This document shows, piece by piece, positions 9,784 to 19,857 of a stretch of 58,251 nucleotides of DNA. A program made the position numbers and the translations under genes. Each line of letters begins with the position of its first letter. Positions within the stretch are counted from its first letter, which is position 1. Source of the DNA: a virus (taxonomy: Duplodnaviria > Caudoviricetes). A model generated the notes under the pieces. It ran no database searches. It had not been told where the DNA came from and saw nothing but the letters and a program-made list of their open reading frames with translations. Where the stretch lies: the IMG/VR virus record IMGVR_UViG_3300017708_002093, positions 1-58,251 of that record; one strand, given 5' to 3'.

Positions 9784-10434
9784 CTATAATGAATTTAGAA
9801 AATTATTAAACAATTCTATTTTCTGCTCTTCTAACTGCCTCTGTGCAGTTAATTCATTAATTCTTCTGCGATTTTTTTCTGCGAGTTGTTCACGAAGAAT
9901 TCCTCCTTCCCAAATCCACTCTTTTCCTTCCATAATACCTGATACAAATGCATCAGGCGCAGAAGGATCAGCAACAATATCTGCTGCTGTTGCAAGCATA
10001 AAGTCCTCACCAACTTGCTTGTATCCTTCTTTAGTAGCAGTTAATGAACCAATACCACGAGAGGAAACTCCAAGAGTGACACCATCTTTAAGAAGAGATT
10101 CGGCAATCTTACCCATTGGTGTTGACAAAATCTGTGCCTTCCCTACAAAATTATTACCTTCTCTTTGAAGTTCAACAATCTTATGTGAAACTCGATCAAG
10201 ATTTACAGTAGGACCATCAGGATGTCCAAGTTCTCCAAGAGCACGTCCTTTCTGAACATACTGTTCATTATAACGTTTTACCTCACGTTCCATAATAGAA
10301 CCTGGATAAAGTCTACCGTTACGATTGACTTGTTCTGATTGCAGAAAAATGCCTTTGATAAAAAGGTTCTTCTTACCATTAGATTCTTCTGTGAGAACCT
10401 CTACTTTTTCGATTTCTTCTCTGATTAGTTTCAT
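9784..10434 (-). CDS. gp21: Prohead protease
   Basis: NRNGRLY, ALGELGHP, GVSSRG.GS, DIVADPSAPDA. Confidence 0.97.
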   Translation of the reverse strand: MKLIREEIEKVEVLTEESNGKKNLFIKGIFLQSEQVNRNGRLYPGSIMEREVKRYNEQYVQKGRALGELGHPDGPTVNLDRVSHKIVELQREGNNFVGKAQILSTPMGKIAESLLKDGVTLGVSSRGIGSLTATKEGYKQVGEDFMLATAADIVADPSAPDAFVSGIMEGKEWIWEGGILREQLAEKNRRRINELTAQRQLEEQKIELFNNFLNSL

Positions 10435-10438
10435 TTTT

Positions 10439-10702
10439 TTATGCGGTAAATCCTACTTTTGATCCAAGTACAGCATTATCAGAAGACCATATTTTATCAG
10501 CACCTGCTTTTTCAAAAAATTCAACAGTTCCAGCAGGGAGAGTCGCAGTTGCAGTATTGGCATAACCAGTTGCAGTGCTTTTAGCGATACTTACTGTTTG
10601 AGCACTAGTATCGCTATTATAAACTCTAATTACGGTTGCGTTATTTAATGTAGAAGTTACTGCTAAACCAACCTCTGTATCAATTAATTTTGTTCTTGCC
10701 AT
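10439..10702 (-). CDS. Conserved cyanophage hypothetical protein (head region)
   Basis: 87-aa ORF ending KVGF with its own late promoter; synteny before gp21. Confidence 0.75.
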   Translation of the reverse strand: MARTKLIDTEVGLAVTSTLNNATVIRVYNSDTSAQTVSIAKSTATGYANTATATLPAGTVEFFEKAGADKIWSSDNAVLGSKVGFTA

Positions 10703-10733
10703 TATTATAATAAAATACTTTAATTATTATTTA

Positions 10734-10901
10734 TTATTCTTTAGTTTCCAATCCTTCTCCATTAACAAAAACAGAATTTGCTGCTGAAGGTTTTAATGCA
10801 TCAACTCTTTCTGATGCCTTTGCATAAAGAACATCTTTAATCTGATCACTAACACTTGATGGTGATTCATCACTGATAATCATATCTATTAATTTATCCA
10901 T
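10734..10901 (-). CDS. Small 55-aa protein (MDKLIDMIISDESPSSVSDQIKDVLYAKASERVDALKP...), positional equivalent of prohead core gp67/gp68
   Basis: Hand-translated; TATAAATA at 10923-10930 upstream; lies after gp20. Confidence 0.7.
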   Translation of the reverse strand: MDKLIDMIISDESPSSVSDQIKDVLYAKASERVDALKPSAANSVFVNGEGLETKE

Positions 10902-10931
10902 AATTTTTTAATATACTTTTTTTATTTATAA

Positions 10932-12566
10932 CTAAATCTCCCCACCTTCTGGTGCATCTACTGGTGTTTCGTCAATTTCTGGTTCAACAGGAACTTTTCC
11001 CATTTCACCATTTACTGTATCAATAGGCATTCCAGTTTTAGGATCTACCATCGCTTGTGGATCAGGAACTATACCATCTTTAATTTCTTTTTCGATAATT
11101 TTATCTTGTTCAATAATCTCTTGATCTGTTTGACGAAGAATGTGTCTTCTTACATAATCTTGAGAATAATACTTTCCAACATAAGGTTCTGCAGTAGAAA
11201 CTAAATTTAACCTTTCAGTTAGCAACTCGGATTCTTTAAGTTCTGAGAAGTGATTATCATACAAGAAATCATACTGAATGTGCTCAGACATTTTATTCCA
11301 ATCTTCTGGAGTTACAATGTTCTTCAGAATCAATTGAGTTTTAAGTATGTCATTGAACATGGTTGAGAATCTTTTTCTCAAACGTCCAACAAATTTAGTA
11401 AACTTAAGTTCATCTCTTAAGATTTCAGAAGATCTGCCCATGTTAAACCCACCTTCTCCATCCATTCTTGAGGGTGGAACATTGAGTGATCTGTATAGTT
11501 TTTTCTTAAAATATTCAATATCAGTGATTTCTCCAAGGTTTTGGCCTCCTGGCAAAGTTGTGATTTCTGTTCCCCTTCCGCCTTCTCTGCGAGGCAACCA
11601 AAAATCTTCAAGCATTGACATGTATTTTTTGTCATCTCTAAGTTCCCCTGTATTGGCATCATAAACCATCTTATTTCGATAGCGCATCATAACATCTCTA
11701 AGATATTGCTCTGCTTTTACTTTTGGAAGATTTCCTACATCAATGTAAAAAATACGACGCTCTGGTGCTCTTGATAATCTATAAATTACCAAAGAATCTT
11801 CAATCATACGAAGTTGATTGATTGATTTGATTGATTTATGAAGATATGAAAGTACGGTATTCTTATTTCTATCTACGAGACCTGAAGTACAATAAGTAAT
11901 TGCATCTTTTGAAATCTTAATTCCTCCAGTATTATTATTTCCATAACCATTTTTTAGTTTTGGGTTGTATTGGAAATACTCTTCAATTTCAGGAAAATCC
12001 ATGTCAATTGGATTTTGTGACATGTTATTAGTAATTATCTTGTTTGGATCTGTCTTTTTTTGCTGTCTAACATAACGCATCTTGAGTGCGTCAATGTATC
12101 TAAGTTCTTTAATACCTTCCTGAGGATTTTTTAAATCAATTACTTTATGATAATAAAGTCTTCCGTCAATGTACCAATTTCTATAAATCTCATGAGACTT
12201 TTTATCAAAGTCTAAAATTTCTAAGATATTTTTAAATTCTTCTCTGATTTTATTTTTAAGACCATCGCTCGCATTCAAGTTAGATAATTCAACCTGTACA
12301 GGACTATCATAAGTGTCTGAAACAATTGCTTCATTCACAATGTCTTCAATAGCACTATCCACTTCTGGATGAAGTGCCATTTCCCTGTATCTACGAATTA
12401 AATCTTGTTCATTTTTATATACGCCTTCAATGTCAACCGAAGTACCAAAAAAACCACTCGACAAATAGTAGTCAACTCCGTCCTCGTTATTTTCGGGGAC
12501 GGGAGATACTATTGAAGGTGGTTTTTGCTCAGTATCTTCTACTGAAAATCCAAATAATCTAGACAT
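10932..12566 (-). CDS. gp20: Portal protein
   Basis: YR.MA.HPEVD.AI..IVNEAI, IYRLSRAPERRIFYIDVGNLPK.KAEQY, EDFWLPRREGGRGTEI.TLPGG. Confidence 0.99.
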   Translation of the reverse strand: MSRLFGFSVEDTEQKPPSIVSPVPENNEDGVDYYLSSGFFGTSVDIEGVYKNEQDLIRRYREMALHPEVDSAIEDIVNEAIVSDTYDSPVQVELSNLNASDGLKNKIREEFKNILEILDFDKKSHEIYRNWYIDGRLYYHKVIDLKNPQEGIKELRYIDALKMRYVRQQKKTDPNKIITNNMSQNPIDMDFPEIEEYFQYNPKLKNGYGNNNTGGIKISKDAITYCTSGLVDRNKNTVLSYLHKSIKSINQLRMIEDSLVIYRLSRAPERRIFYIDVGNLPKVKAEQYLRDVMMRYRNKMVYDANTGELRDDKKYMSMLEDFWLPRREGGRGTEITTLPGGQNLGEITDIEYFKKKLYRSLNVPPSRMDGEGGFNMGRSSEILRDELKFTKFVGRLRKRFSTMFNDILKTQLILKNIVTPEDWNKMSEHIQYDFLYDNHFSELKESELLTERLNLVSTAEPYVGKYYSQDYVRRHILRQTDQEIIEQDKIIEKEIKDGIVPDPQAMVDPKTGMPIDTVNGEMGKVPVEPEIDETPVDAPEGGEI

Positions 12567-12602
12567 TAATATAATTTAGAACTTTACTTGTTCTATTATT
12601 TA

Positions 12603-13244
12603 TTAGGATTCAATTCCTGCCTCACTTACTTCACTTTCATTTTCTGGTTCAACTGGATACCAGAACTGTACTGCAAAATCAACAGTAAATTCTTCAACGG
12701 TATCTGTGCTGTCATAGGAAAGATCAATAGCAGAAACATTAACTGGATAAATGTCAACAAATCTGTATTGTGCTAAGATTTCAGCATTACCTGGAGTTCC
12801 AGCACCTCTTTCTCTTTCAACCGCACCTCTGCCAAGCTGATAAACTTTGGCATTTCTCATGTAATCAATTGGATCTGTAAGTCCACTGTGATCAGAATAT
12901 TGTGCAATAGCTTGCATCCAACCTTCCATTGCTCTTCTGATTGCAAAATCTTCATCATTCATAATGGTGACAGACCAGTTATCAAATGTCCTGTCGCCAG
13001 CAACTTTGAATTGTCTTCCTCTGAAAGGAATTTCAATTGAAGCAACATTAGACGCTGGAAGAACAGCGGTCTTACATAAAAATTTAGAATCAAGTTGAGC
13101 ATCTGAGTTACTGTCCCAATTTACTAAACCCTGTGGATCTCCAGGAATAGAACCTGGAAGAACCACTTCAAAAAGGTTGGGGCGAGCGCCGCCCCCGTTA
13201 AGTGACTTTTTAAAAGAAGATAAACTTCTGAATGGAATTGACAT
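12603..13244 (-). CDS. gp19: Tail tube protein
   Basis: GGARPNLFEV, FRGR..KVAGDRTF..W, EEFTV.F..QFW. Confidence 0.97.
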   Translation of the reverse strand: MSIPFRSLSSFKKSLNGGGARPNLFEVVLPGSIPGDPQGLVNWDSNSDAQLDSKFLCKTAVLPASNVASIEIPFRGRQFKVAGDRTFDNWSVTIMNDEDFAIRRAMEGWMQAIAQYSDHSGLTDPIDYMRNAKVYQLGRGAVERERGAGTPGNAEILAQYRFVDIYPVNVSAIDLSYDSTDTVEEFTVDFAVQFWYPVEPENESEVSEAGIES

Positions 13245-13278
13245 TTTATTTTCCCCCTGATGGTTTTGTTAGTTTACG

Positions 13279-15846
13279 TTAAACACTTCCTGCAACTTCT
13301 TCAAATGCAACTCCAGTTCGTGTTGCGACGAATGTGAGCTCTACATAATTAATTGATTTAGCTGGCTTCAGGAAGATGTCAGCTCTAAACTCATTATTGT
13401 CAATAATGTCTGGAGTGTTATTAGATTCATCACACTTAATTAGATAACCATAAAGACCTCTCTTAGATTGAATATCTCTAAGGAAAGGTTCAACGATGTT
13501 TCTAAAGTTTGCTCTTGTAATCTCATCATTCAATTCAAACAGAACTGTTTCTGCAGTTCTTTCAAGTGCTTGCTCAATAAAGAGGAACAATCGACGGACA
13601 TTAATTCTATCGAATGCTGATGCATAACTAAGAGCAGTCTTATCACCGAATAGAAGAATCCCATATCCAGGCTTATTAACAATTGAGTTAATTCTCTTAG
13701 GATAAAGTCTGTCTCTTTGTGCCTTATTCGGATTGTATGCTAGTTTAATTGCATTATTCAAAATACCTCTTTGCTGACCAGCAGGTGAGAACCAAGGAAA
13801 AGCAAAGATTGAAGTTCTTACGCAGAGACCAGCAACATCTGGATTACATGGGAGGTAACGGAACTTGTTGTTGAATCTATCGTAAGTATACTTATAACCA
13901 GTATCTAGGATAGCGTAAGAAGATGAAGAAATAGGAGCGAAGAACTCAATAATGTTGTTTGTTATTTGTTCTGCTGTCAAATATCTTGTTGTATTAGGTT
14001 CAGAAGGATCTCTCTCAGAAACAACGTCGTATCTATGAGGGGAAATTACTGCAATACAATCTTTTCTTGATCCGGCAATAGAGATTAGTTGATTCGCCTT
14101 TGCTTGAGACTCAAATTTATTAGAACAACCAGGTCCCATAATTAAGTAATCAACTTGAATTTCTTCTTTATTCTCGAATAGATTATAAGAAGTTGTTAAA
14201 TTTGAAAGCTCTGCCTTAAGGCTTCCTGCCTCACCATTTGCACCAGTTTTGTAATCAGTACCTCCAGTAAGTTCATAAGTAACGTTACCCATTACACTGA
14301 AAGTAGCATCTTGAACCGCTAAGTTCCAGAGACCATCCGCTGCGGTGTCGTTTACATTCCAATCATCATAGATTGAAGATGTTGCATCAGTTTCAAAGAA
14401 TGTTTGATAAACTCTTTCTGAGTTTCCATTATCTGAAGGATTGTCTCCTGCATAAACATAAGCAGAGTATTGTGCAAGATACTCTTTCCACCAAACTCTA
14501 AGGGATGGATTTACTGAAGAAATTGTATCGATTCCTTTGGAAAGGAATAAATGCTTTTCTAGAATGTTACCTTGAATTCCAGAAATTTCTCCGGTGTCAT
14601 CAATTACAACAACATGAAGCGCATCATGTCTTGCGTTTCTATCGTTTGCAAACTGAGTATCAGTTGGTTTTGGTGCAATCGATCTCCATAAAATTGTAGT
14701 ATTATCGAGTGCTAATGTCTGATTGTCATACCAGTCAGACACATCATCAGATGTTGTTGTAACTGATGTCAGCGCAGTACCAACAGAATTTACGAGTTTA
14801 ACAGTATCTCCATCTTTAATAGAAGTTATTCTGTTCTTTTCATCATAAGAAATTTTAGTAACAGTATTGTTTTCGGTATTTACTCTTTCAACAATTTTAA
14901 CGTCAATAGAGTCTTCGCTCTGACCTGTTACAATTCCTTTCAGGTAACCAGTGAATGTTTCAGTTGATCCTACTCCGGGAATAGTAGCTGTGCCAACTGA
15001 AACACTAACACCAAGACCAACTGCAGTTCCACCAGCACCGACTGCTTGAAGAACACTTGCTCCCAATTTAATTGTTTGGTCTGCTTTGTCGTCAATAAAA
15101 CAAACTTTTAAATTATTTGCCCAAGAACCAGGATTTTTTGCCGCAAAGACATAACCCTTACTGTCATCAGAGTGATTTGCATTATAGTCGTCAAAGTTCT
15201 TAATTTTAAGTGAGGCATTGCCTGTAACAGAAGAACCTTCTTGATTATCATTATAAATACCGTTTGTATTGAAAGTTAGGTCTACTGACCCACTACCTCC
15301 AAGAGCAGTTCCATCAATGCTGATTACTTCATCATCAGCAAATCCTTTACCGCCCTCAGTAACTGTAACCGTAACATCTGAAGTCGTGATACCAGAAACT
15401 ACAACTTCGAAAGTTGCTTTTTCTCCAGAACCGCCATAAGTTACAGTACCATCTCCACTAGAAACAGTATAAGTATTGGAAGCAAAATCTGATACGGATG
15501 TTCCAATTCCTACACCATCAACAGAGATAATTTCTCCACTAATAACTCTCTTTGCATTAGCGTTTACGAGGTCATCACCATCAGTTCTTACGACTTTCAT
15601 CACTCCACCATAGGAGAGGAATGACGAAGCACTCATCCAATATTCATATTGTCCGTCAAGATTATTTGGTTTTCCAAATACATTAACTAATTCTTGCTCA
15701 GTAGTAATATTAATTGGTTCATCTACTGGACCAATTGTAAATGGTCCAGCAATAGCACCGATGTTATCGAGTACATTATCTGCTCTTCCTACAGTTAGGT
15801 CAACCTCCCTGGATAATACTCCAGGAGATAATTGAGGAGTCGCCAT
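13279..15846 (-). CDS. gp18: Tail sheath protein (855 aa, with extra inserted domains)
   Basis: LSPGV..REVD, FPWFSPAG..RG, LFGDKT, FDRINVRRLF, KPAKSIN. Confidence 0.98.
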   Translation of the reverse strand: MATPQLSPGVLSREVDLTVGRADNVLDNIGAIAGPFTIGPVDEPINITTEQELVNVFGKPNNLDGQYEYWMSASSFLSYGGVMKVVRTDGDDLVNANAKRVISGEIISVDGVGIGTSVSDFASNTYTVSSGDGTVTYGGSGEKATFEVVVSGITTSDVTVTVTEGGKGFADDEVISIDGTALGGSGSVDLTFNTNGIYNDNQEGSSVTGNASLKIKNFDDYNANHSDDSKGYVFAAKNPGSWANNLKVCFIDDKADQTIKLGASVLQAVGAGGTAVGLGVSVSVGTATIPGVGSTETFTGYLKGIVTGQSEDSIDVKIVERVNTENNTVTKISYDEKNRITSIKDGDTVKLVNSVGTALTSVTTTSDDVSDWYDNQTLALDNTTILWRSIAPKPTDTQFANDRNARHDALHVVVIDDTGEISGIQGNILEKHLFLSKGIDTISSVNPSLRVWWKEYLAQYSAYVYAGDNPSDNGNSERVYQTFFETDATSSIYDDWNVNDTAADGLWNLAVQDATFSVMGNVTYELTGGTDYKTGANGEAGSLKAELSNLTTSYNLFENKEEIQVDYLIMGPGCSNKFESQAKANQLISIAGSRKDCIAVISPHRYDVVSERDPSEPNTTRYLTAEQITNNIIEFFAPISSSSYAILDTGYKYTYDRFNNKFRYLPCNPDVAGLCVRTSIFAFPWFSPAGQQRGILNNAIKLAYNPNKAQRDRLYPKRINSIVNKPGYGILLFGDKTALSYASAFDRINVRRLFLFIEQALERTAETVLFELNDEITRANFRNIVEPFLRDIQSKRGLYGYLIKCDESNNTPDIIDNNEFRADIFLKPAKSINYVELTFVATRTGVAFEEVAGSV

Positions 15847-15925
15847 TTTTCTCTCCTTGTGATCTCTGATTAACTATTTTTATTTATTAAAAGGTATTAT
15901 TTCGCGGGATGAAACTGTGAGTGAA

Positions 15926-16168
15926 CTACCAATCGGGGTACGCCCAGTTAGAATTCACAGATTTTTTATTTGAATTATTTTTTCTTGTCTCCATAATTCT
16001 TTTCACAGTACAACTTTTGCATTCATAAGAATATGAAGATGCATTATAATTTTTTTTCTTAGTCCTGTAGAAGCTATCAATTAAATCCTTCGTTTCTCCA
16101 CATACCCTACAAGTTCTTTCAGTCAAGTAAAGATGCTCTAAGTTAAAATGATCATTTATGTCCATCAT
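15926..16168 (-). CDS. Small zinc-finger protein (CRVC...FY...YECKSC)
   Basis: Two CxxC pairs; ATGA overlap with the gp17 stop; resembles the Zn-binding N-terminus of phage endonucleases but lacks a nuclease domain. Confidence 0.7.
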   Translation of the reverse strand: MMDINDHFNLEHLYLTERTCRVCGETKDLIDSFYRTKKKNYNASSYSYECKSCTVKRIMETRKNNSNKKSVNSNWAYPDW

Positions 16169-17808
16169 CGATATTCCCACATGTGTGACATATCTCCATA
16201 CTCATCACTAAACCATCTATCACCATTATTATCAACGAAACTAGTATCGTTCAAACCATCATCCATAAAACCAAATGGTGCCATGTCTTGTTCAATTTGG
16301 TTTTTTTGATCTTCGTATAATCTCTTGCGGACATCCTGATCAGTTAATTCTTTAAAATAATCTTGTGAAACTAACCAGGCATAAATGACTAAACACATTG
16401 CCAAGTCATCATTACACCCTTCTTCTGCTTCAAATGAATTGTGTTTTTGAATAAAAGTAGTAAGTTCTGAAATAATCTCATAGTCATTGAAGATAAGTTT
16501 ATCTTCTTCAATGATCGTCTTGAGATTAAGAGATCCAACTTTTTTAACTGTTTTAGACATCTTGACACCAAGTTGAGTTTTCTTTCCAGAAAAACCTTGA
16601 CCTACAATTTGACCTGCCCTACCTCTCATAGAGCACATAAGAAGATTTTGATACTCTAAGTCGTATTGGAGAATTGATGCTACTTGATCACCAATGTCAT
16701 TGACTTCACATAGAATAAATGCACTATTATAACTTTTTGCTACTTCATAGATGATGTTTGGGAACAACATTGGTTTTATTTCATTATTTCTATACTTTGC
16801 AACTATCCTATGTGGAAATTCTGTGATGTCCACAACAACAAAAGCAGAATAATCTTCACTAACTCCTCTTGCCACATCAACAGTCATTGCATAATCATGA
16901 TTTTCTTTAGATGTTTCATGTATATCCAATCCAGCATTTTGTTGAATTGGATTATCGTAAGCAAGACTTCTAAGTTTTGATGGTGCAATGAGAGTATCAA
17001 CAGACCCTAAGAACTCACATTCAAACTCAACTTTAAACTGTGATTCGGAAGTATTTGCAATTGTGGTCTCTTTCCACTTTGAATCTCTCCCAGGGACTTC
17101 TGACCAATGAACATCAGTTGGAAGATATTCATTTTTTCCTTTTTCCGCATCATGCCAATACCTATAAAAATGATTCATCCCGTGAGGGGTAGAAACCATA
17201 ATTACCTTGGTACTTTTACCAGAAGTAATAGTAGGATAAACAGAGGCAAAGAACGAGTCAGCAATATGATTTGGGACGAACGCGAATTCGTCGAGAAAGA
17301 GGATGTTAAATGACATACCTCGAACAGCACTTGCAGACGTAGAAGCTGCCAATATCTTACTGCCATTTTCTAATTCGATAGAACCTTTATTCCATGATAT
17401 AATACCTTGTTGCATCCACTTTGGTAAGTTTTCATAAGCAGTTGCAAGTCTTTGTAACAATTCTCTTGCAGTTGCTGCTTTGTTTGCCAAAATACCGATG
17501 TTTACACTATCATTAAAAATAAGATAATGAAGTAAGTAAGATATAACAGTAGTACTTTTTCCCGTTTGACGGGGCATTTTGCAAATATTAAATCTGTTCT
17601 CATGAAACCTATTAATGAGTTTCTCTTGAAAATCATAAGGATGAAACTGAGTCAATCCTTCATCTAGAGAAACAATCTTAATATAATTATTCGCAAAATA
17701 AACAGGGTTTTTTTTGCATTCAACAAATTCCTCAATTTGTTCTTGTGTAAATTCAATCGCAGTATTTGCTTTTTTTAATAATGGATTACCAAGATATACA
17801 TCACTCAT
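16165..17808 (-). CDS. gp17: Terminase large subunit
   Basis: PRQTGKST Walker A, LFLDEFAF Walker B, STP.G.NHFY, DVARG, NDDL. Confidence 0.98.
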   Translation of the reverse strand: MSDVYLGNPLLKKANTAIEFTQEQIEEFVECKKNPVYFANNYIKIVSLDEGLTQFHPYDFQEKLINRFHENRFNICKMPRQTGKSTTVISYLLHYLIFNDSVNIGILANKAATARELLQRLATAYENLPKWMQQGIISWNKGSIELENGSKILAASTSASAVRGMSFNILFLDEFAFVPNHIADSFFASVYPTITSGKSTKVIMVSTPHGMNHFYRYWHDAEKGKNEYLPTDVHWSEVPGRDSKWKETTIANTSESQFKVEFECEFLGSVDTLIAPSKLRSLAYDNPIQQNAGLDIHETSKENHDYAMTVDVARGVSEDYSAFVVVDITEFPHRIVAKYRNNEIKPMLFPNIIYEVAKSYNSAFILCEVNDIGDQVASILQYDLEYQNLLMCSMRGRAGQIVGQGFSGKKTQLGVKMSKTVKKVGSLNLKTIIEEDKLIFNDYEIISELTTFIQKHNSFEAEEGCNDDLAMCLVIYAWLVSQDYFKELTDQDVRKRLYEDQKNQIEQDMAPFGFMDDGLNDTSFVDNNGDRWFSDEYGDMSHMWEYR

Positions 17809-17816
17809 GACAAAAT

Positions 17817-19394
17817 TTAATTACAATTCCATGCTCTAAGGGACTTATTGATTCTGCTATCGGGATCTCTAGCAGTTTTGGCAGAAGTTAATTTCTTTTT
17901 CATACCTTTCATTCTTGCACAGAATGATGCTCTCCTCTTATTACCTTTCTTTTTGGATGGTGCTTTGAGATCAGAACCAGGATTTTCTTTCTCATAAGAT
18001 TTACGTCCTTTTTCATTTAGACCACCAGATTCAGATTTACCTGATTTCTTAGTCCAGGCAGCACCTTCAGTTACTTGTAATAAAGGTTGTCCTGGTTCAT
18101 AATCAGAAACCATAAAGTTATAAACTCTTGCTCCTGGATAGACTTTATTAATTTGGTTTTGTACTTCTGATTTATTGGGAATTTTTGTATTAGGGAAGAA
18201 AATTTTAATACCATAGTATCTTGCCCTCCACCCAAAATTAACTGCAACAATGTTTCCAGTTTTTGCGGGAAGTCTTACTGCTTCATTAACTTTAGATACT
18301 AAAGGATCTGGTTTAATAACATCAATTACTTCAATAAAAGTGTTTCCATTTGCATCTTCGATAGTAGTGTTTTCACCATAAAGTTTTGGACCTTTTGCTT
18401 TCTTTTCTGCTGCTGCTTTTTCTCCTGGATTGGAAGTATTTCTGGCAAGATTTCCAATCTTTGCGGCACGTTTTTCTTTATTATGTGCGTTTACATCTAC
18501 ATCGAAAGAAACTACTCCACCTTCCTTTACACAACGATTATAAGTTTTACCAAAGAGTTTTTGTGTTCCTGTTTTTTTATAACCTTTCCAGCACTTCTTA
18601 CCTGCTTCATCAAGTTCCACAAATCCATTTACTTCTAATGCAGCAATTTGTGCAGGACTAAACTCTTCTTTTTTAGTACTATTTCCCCAATTATCTGCGC
18701 CTTTTTTGCGGCACTTAACCAATGCACCAGATGCATAAGCACTTGGCCAAACTTTATACCGTGACTTGACTTTATGATAGCAGGCATCTTTTTTACCTTC
18801 TTCCATTGTTATTGATTTGGCATTATCATCCCAATAACTTGTTCCATAAGCGCAGTCAGATCTTGTCTCTGCTTTTTTGCACTTAGGACAATAACGGAGT
18901 TCTTCTTTTCCTTCAGTAGATACGTTTTTTGATTTCTGGCGTTTACTCCATTCCATGTAAGACTCACCTGGTCTTAGTTTTTTAGGATTTTCTTTTGGTT
19001 TGGGACTAGAACTAGCACCGTCTTCACGAGCACGTTGGTTAGCACCAGGACCACCCAATTTACGATCTTTATCGGGATCTGGATTCCAATAGTCACCACG
19101 CTCTAGGATAGTTTCTTCAGTTGCCACGTTTTTCGCTTTCCCTTTTTTATTTGGATTTGGGTCTTCGGCATTCTTACGACGAAATGCTGCATCTTCTTCG
19201 TCTTTATTTAGGTCTCTCTTCATTTTTGAAGAACCACACTTTGGTTTAGTAGTTTGACCTGGTTGTTTTGCACAGGGTTTCCCTGCATACTTACCGCCTA
19301 ATTGAACCCAACCAGGAGTTCCGTCAGAAGACTTACTCTTCTTAAACCAATCACGAAGAGAAGAATCTCCACTTTTATTGCCTTCACTGAGCAT
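17817..19394 (-). CDS. Lys-rich modular late protein (525 aa), probable head-associated or internal protein
   Basis: Late promoter at 19421; several small basic Cys-pair modules; C-terminal AAWT..GGLNEKGRKSYE..PGSDLKAP...RRASFCARM...SLRAWNC module typical of large phages. Confidence 0.7.
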   Translation of the reverse strand: MLSEGNKSGDSSLRDWFKKSKSSDGTPGWVQLGGKYAGKPCAKQPGQTTKPKCGSSKMKRDLNKDEEDAAFRRKNAEDPNPNKKGKAKNVATEETILERGDYWNPDPDKDRKLGGPGANQRAREDGASSSPKPKENPKKLRPGESYMEWSKRQKSKNVSTEGKEELRYCPKCKKAETRSDCAYGTSYWDDNAKSITMEEGKKDACYHKVKSRYKVWPSAYASGALVKCRKKGADNWGNSTKKEEFSPAQIAALEVNGFVELDEAGKKCWKGYKKTGTQKLFGKTYNRCVKEGGVVSFDVDVNAHNKEKRAAKIGNLARNTSNPGEKAAAEKKAKGPKLYGENTTIEDANGNTFIEVIDVIKPDPLVSKVNEAVRLPAKTGNIVAVNFGWRARYYGIKIFFPNTKIPNKSEVQNQINKVYPGARVYNFMVSDYEPGQPLLQVTEGAAWTKKSGKSESGGLNEKGRKSYEKENPGSDLKAPSKKKGNKRRASFCARMKGMKKKLTSAKTARDPDSRINKSLRAWNCN

Positions 19395-19423
19395 AGGTAG
19401 TAAGTATTATCTACAATTATTAT

Positions 19424-19855
19424 TTATTCTTCTTCTTTGTTCTGCTTTAATAGTTTTGATAATTCGGCAGTAGAACCTACAAATAAAGCATTAGTGACAT
19501 TAGTAGGTCCTTTCGATCCCTTATCTTCTTCAAGATCCTTAAGTTTCTTTTGAAGGTCTAATAGCTTATCTGTGGCATCACCAACACTCTTAATAAGTTG
19601 TCCAGCAACTTCATACGCACGGGCAGAATCACTTTCCTGTGCAAGTTCTAAAACTCCATCAAGTGCTTCTTGACCTTTTTCGATAATTGAATAAAGATTA
19701 CCTCTGGTATAGTTGTAATCTTTATCAATATCTACAACAACATCTTTAACCTTATTATCAATAACTTTTGCTTCAACTTCAACGTTTTTTAATTCCACAT
19801 GCTCATCATCCTTTGTATTAAAAACTTCATTTAGATTGTCAAATTGATCTTTCAT
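19424..19855 (-). CDS. gp16: Terminase small subunit
   Basis: DY.YTRGNLY..IEKG, RAYEV.GQLIK, ALFVGST.EL. Confidence 0.93.
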   Translation of the reverse strand: MKDQFDNLNEVFNTKDDEHVELKNVEVEAKVIDNKVKDVVVDIDKDYNYTRGNLYSIIEKGQEALDGVLELAQESDSARAYEVAGQLIKSVGDATDKLLDLQKKLKDLEEDKGSKGPTNVTNALFVGSTAELSKLLKQNKEEE

Positions 19856-19857
19856 AT

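Noticed and set aside
270-17808. Introns or inteins in gp46, uvsW, gp23, gp20 or gp17
   Set aside because: All are continuous and of normal length, with no intein or homing-endonuclease motifs.
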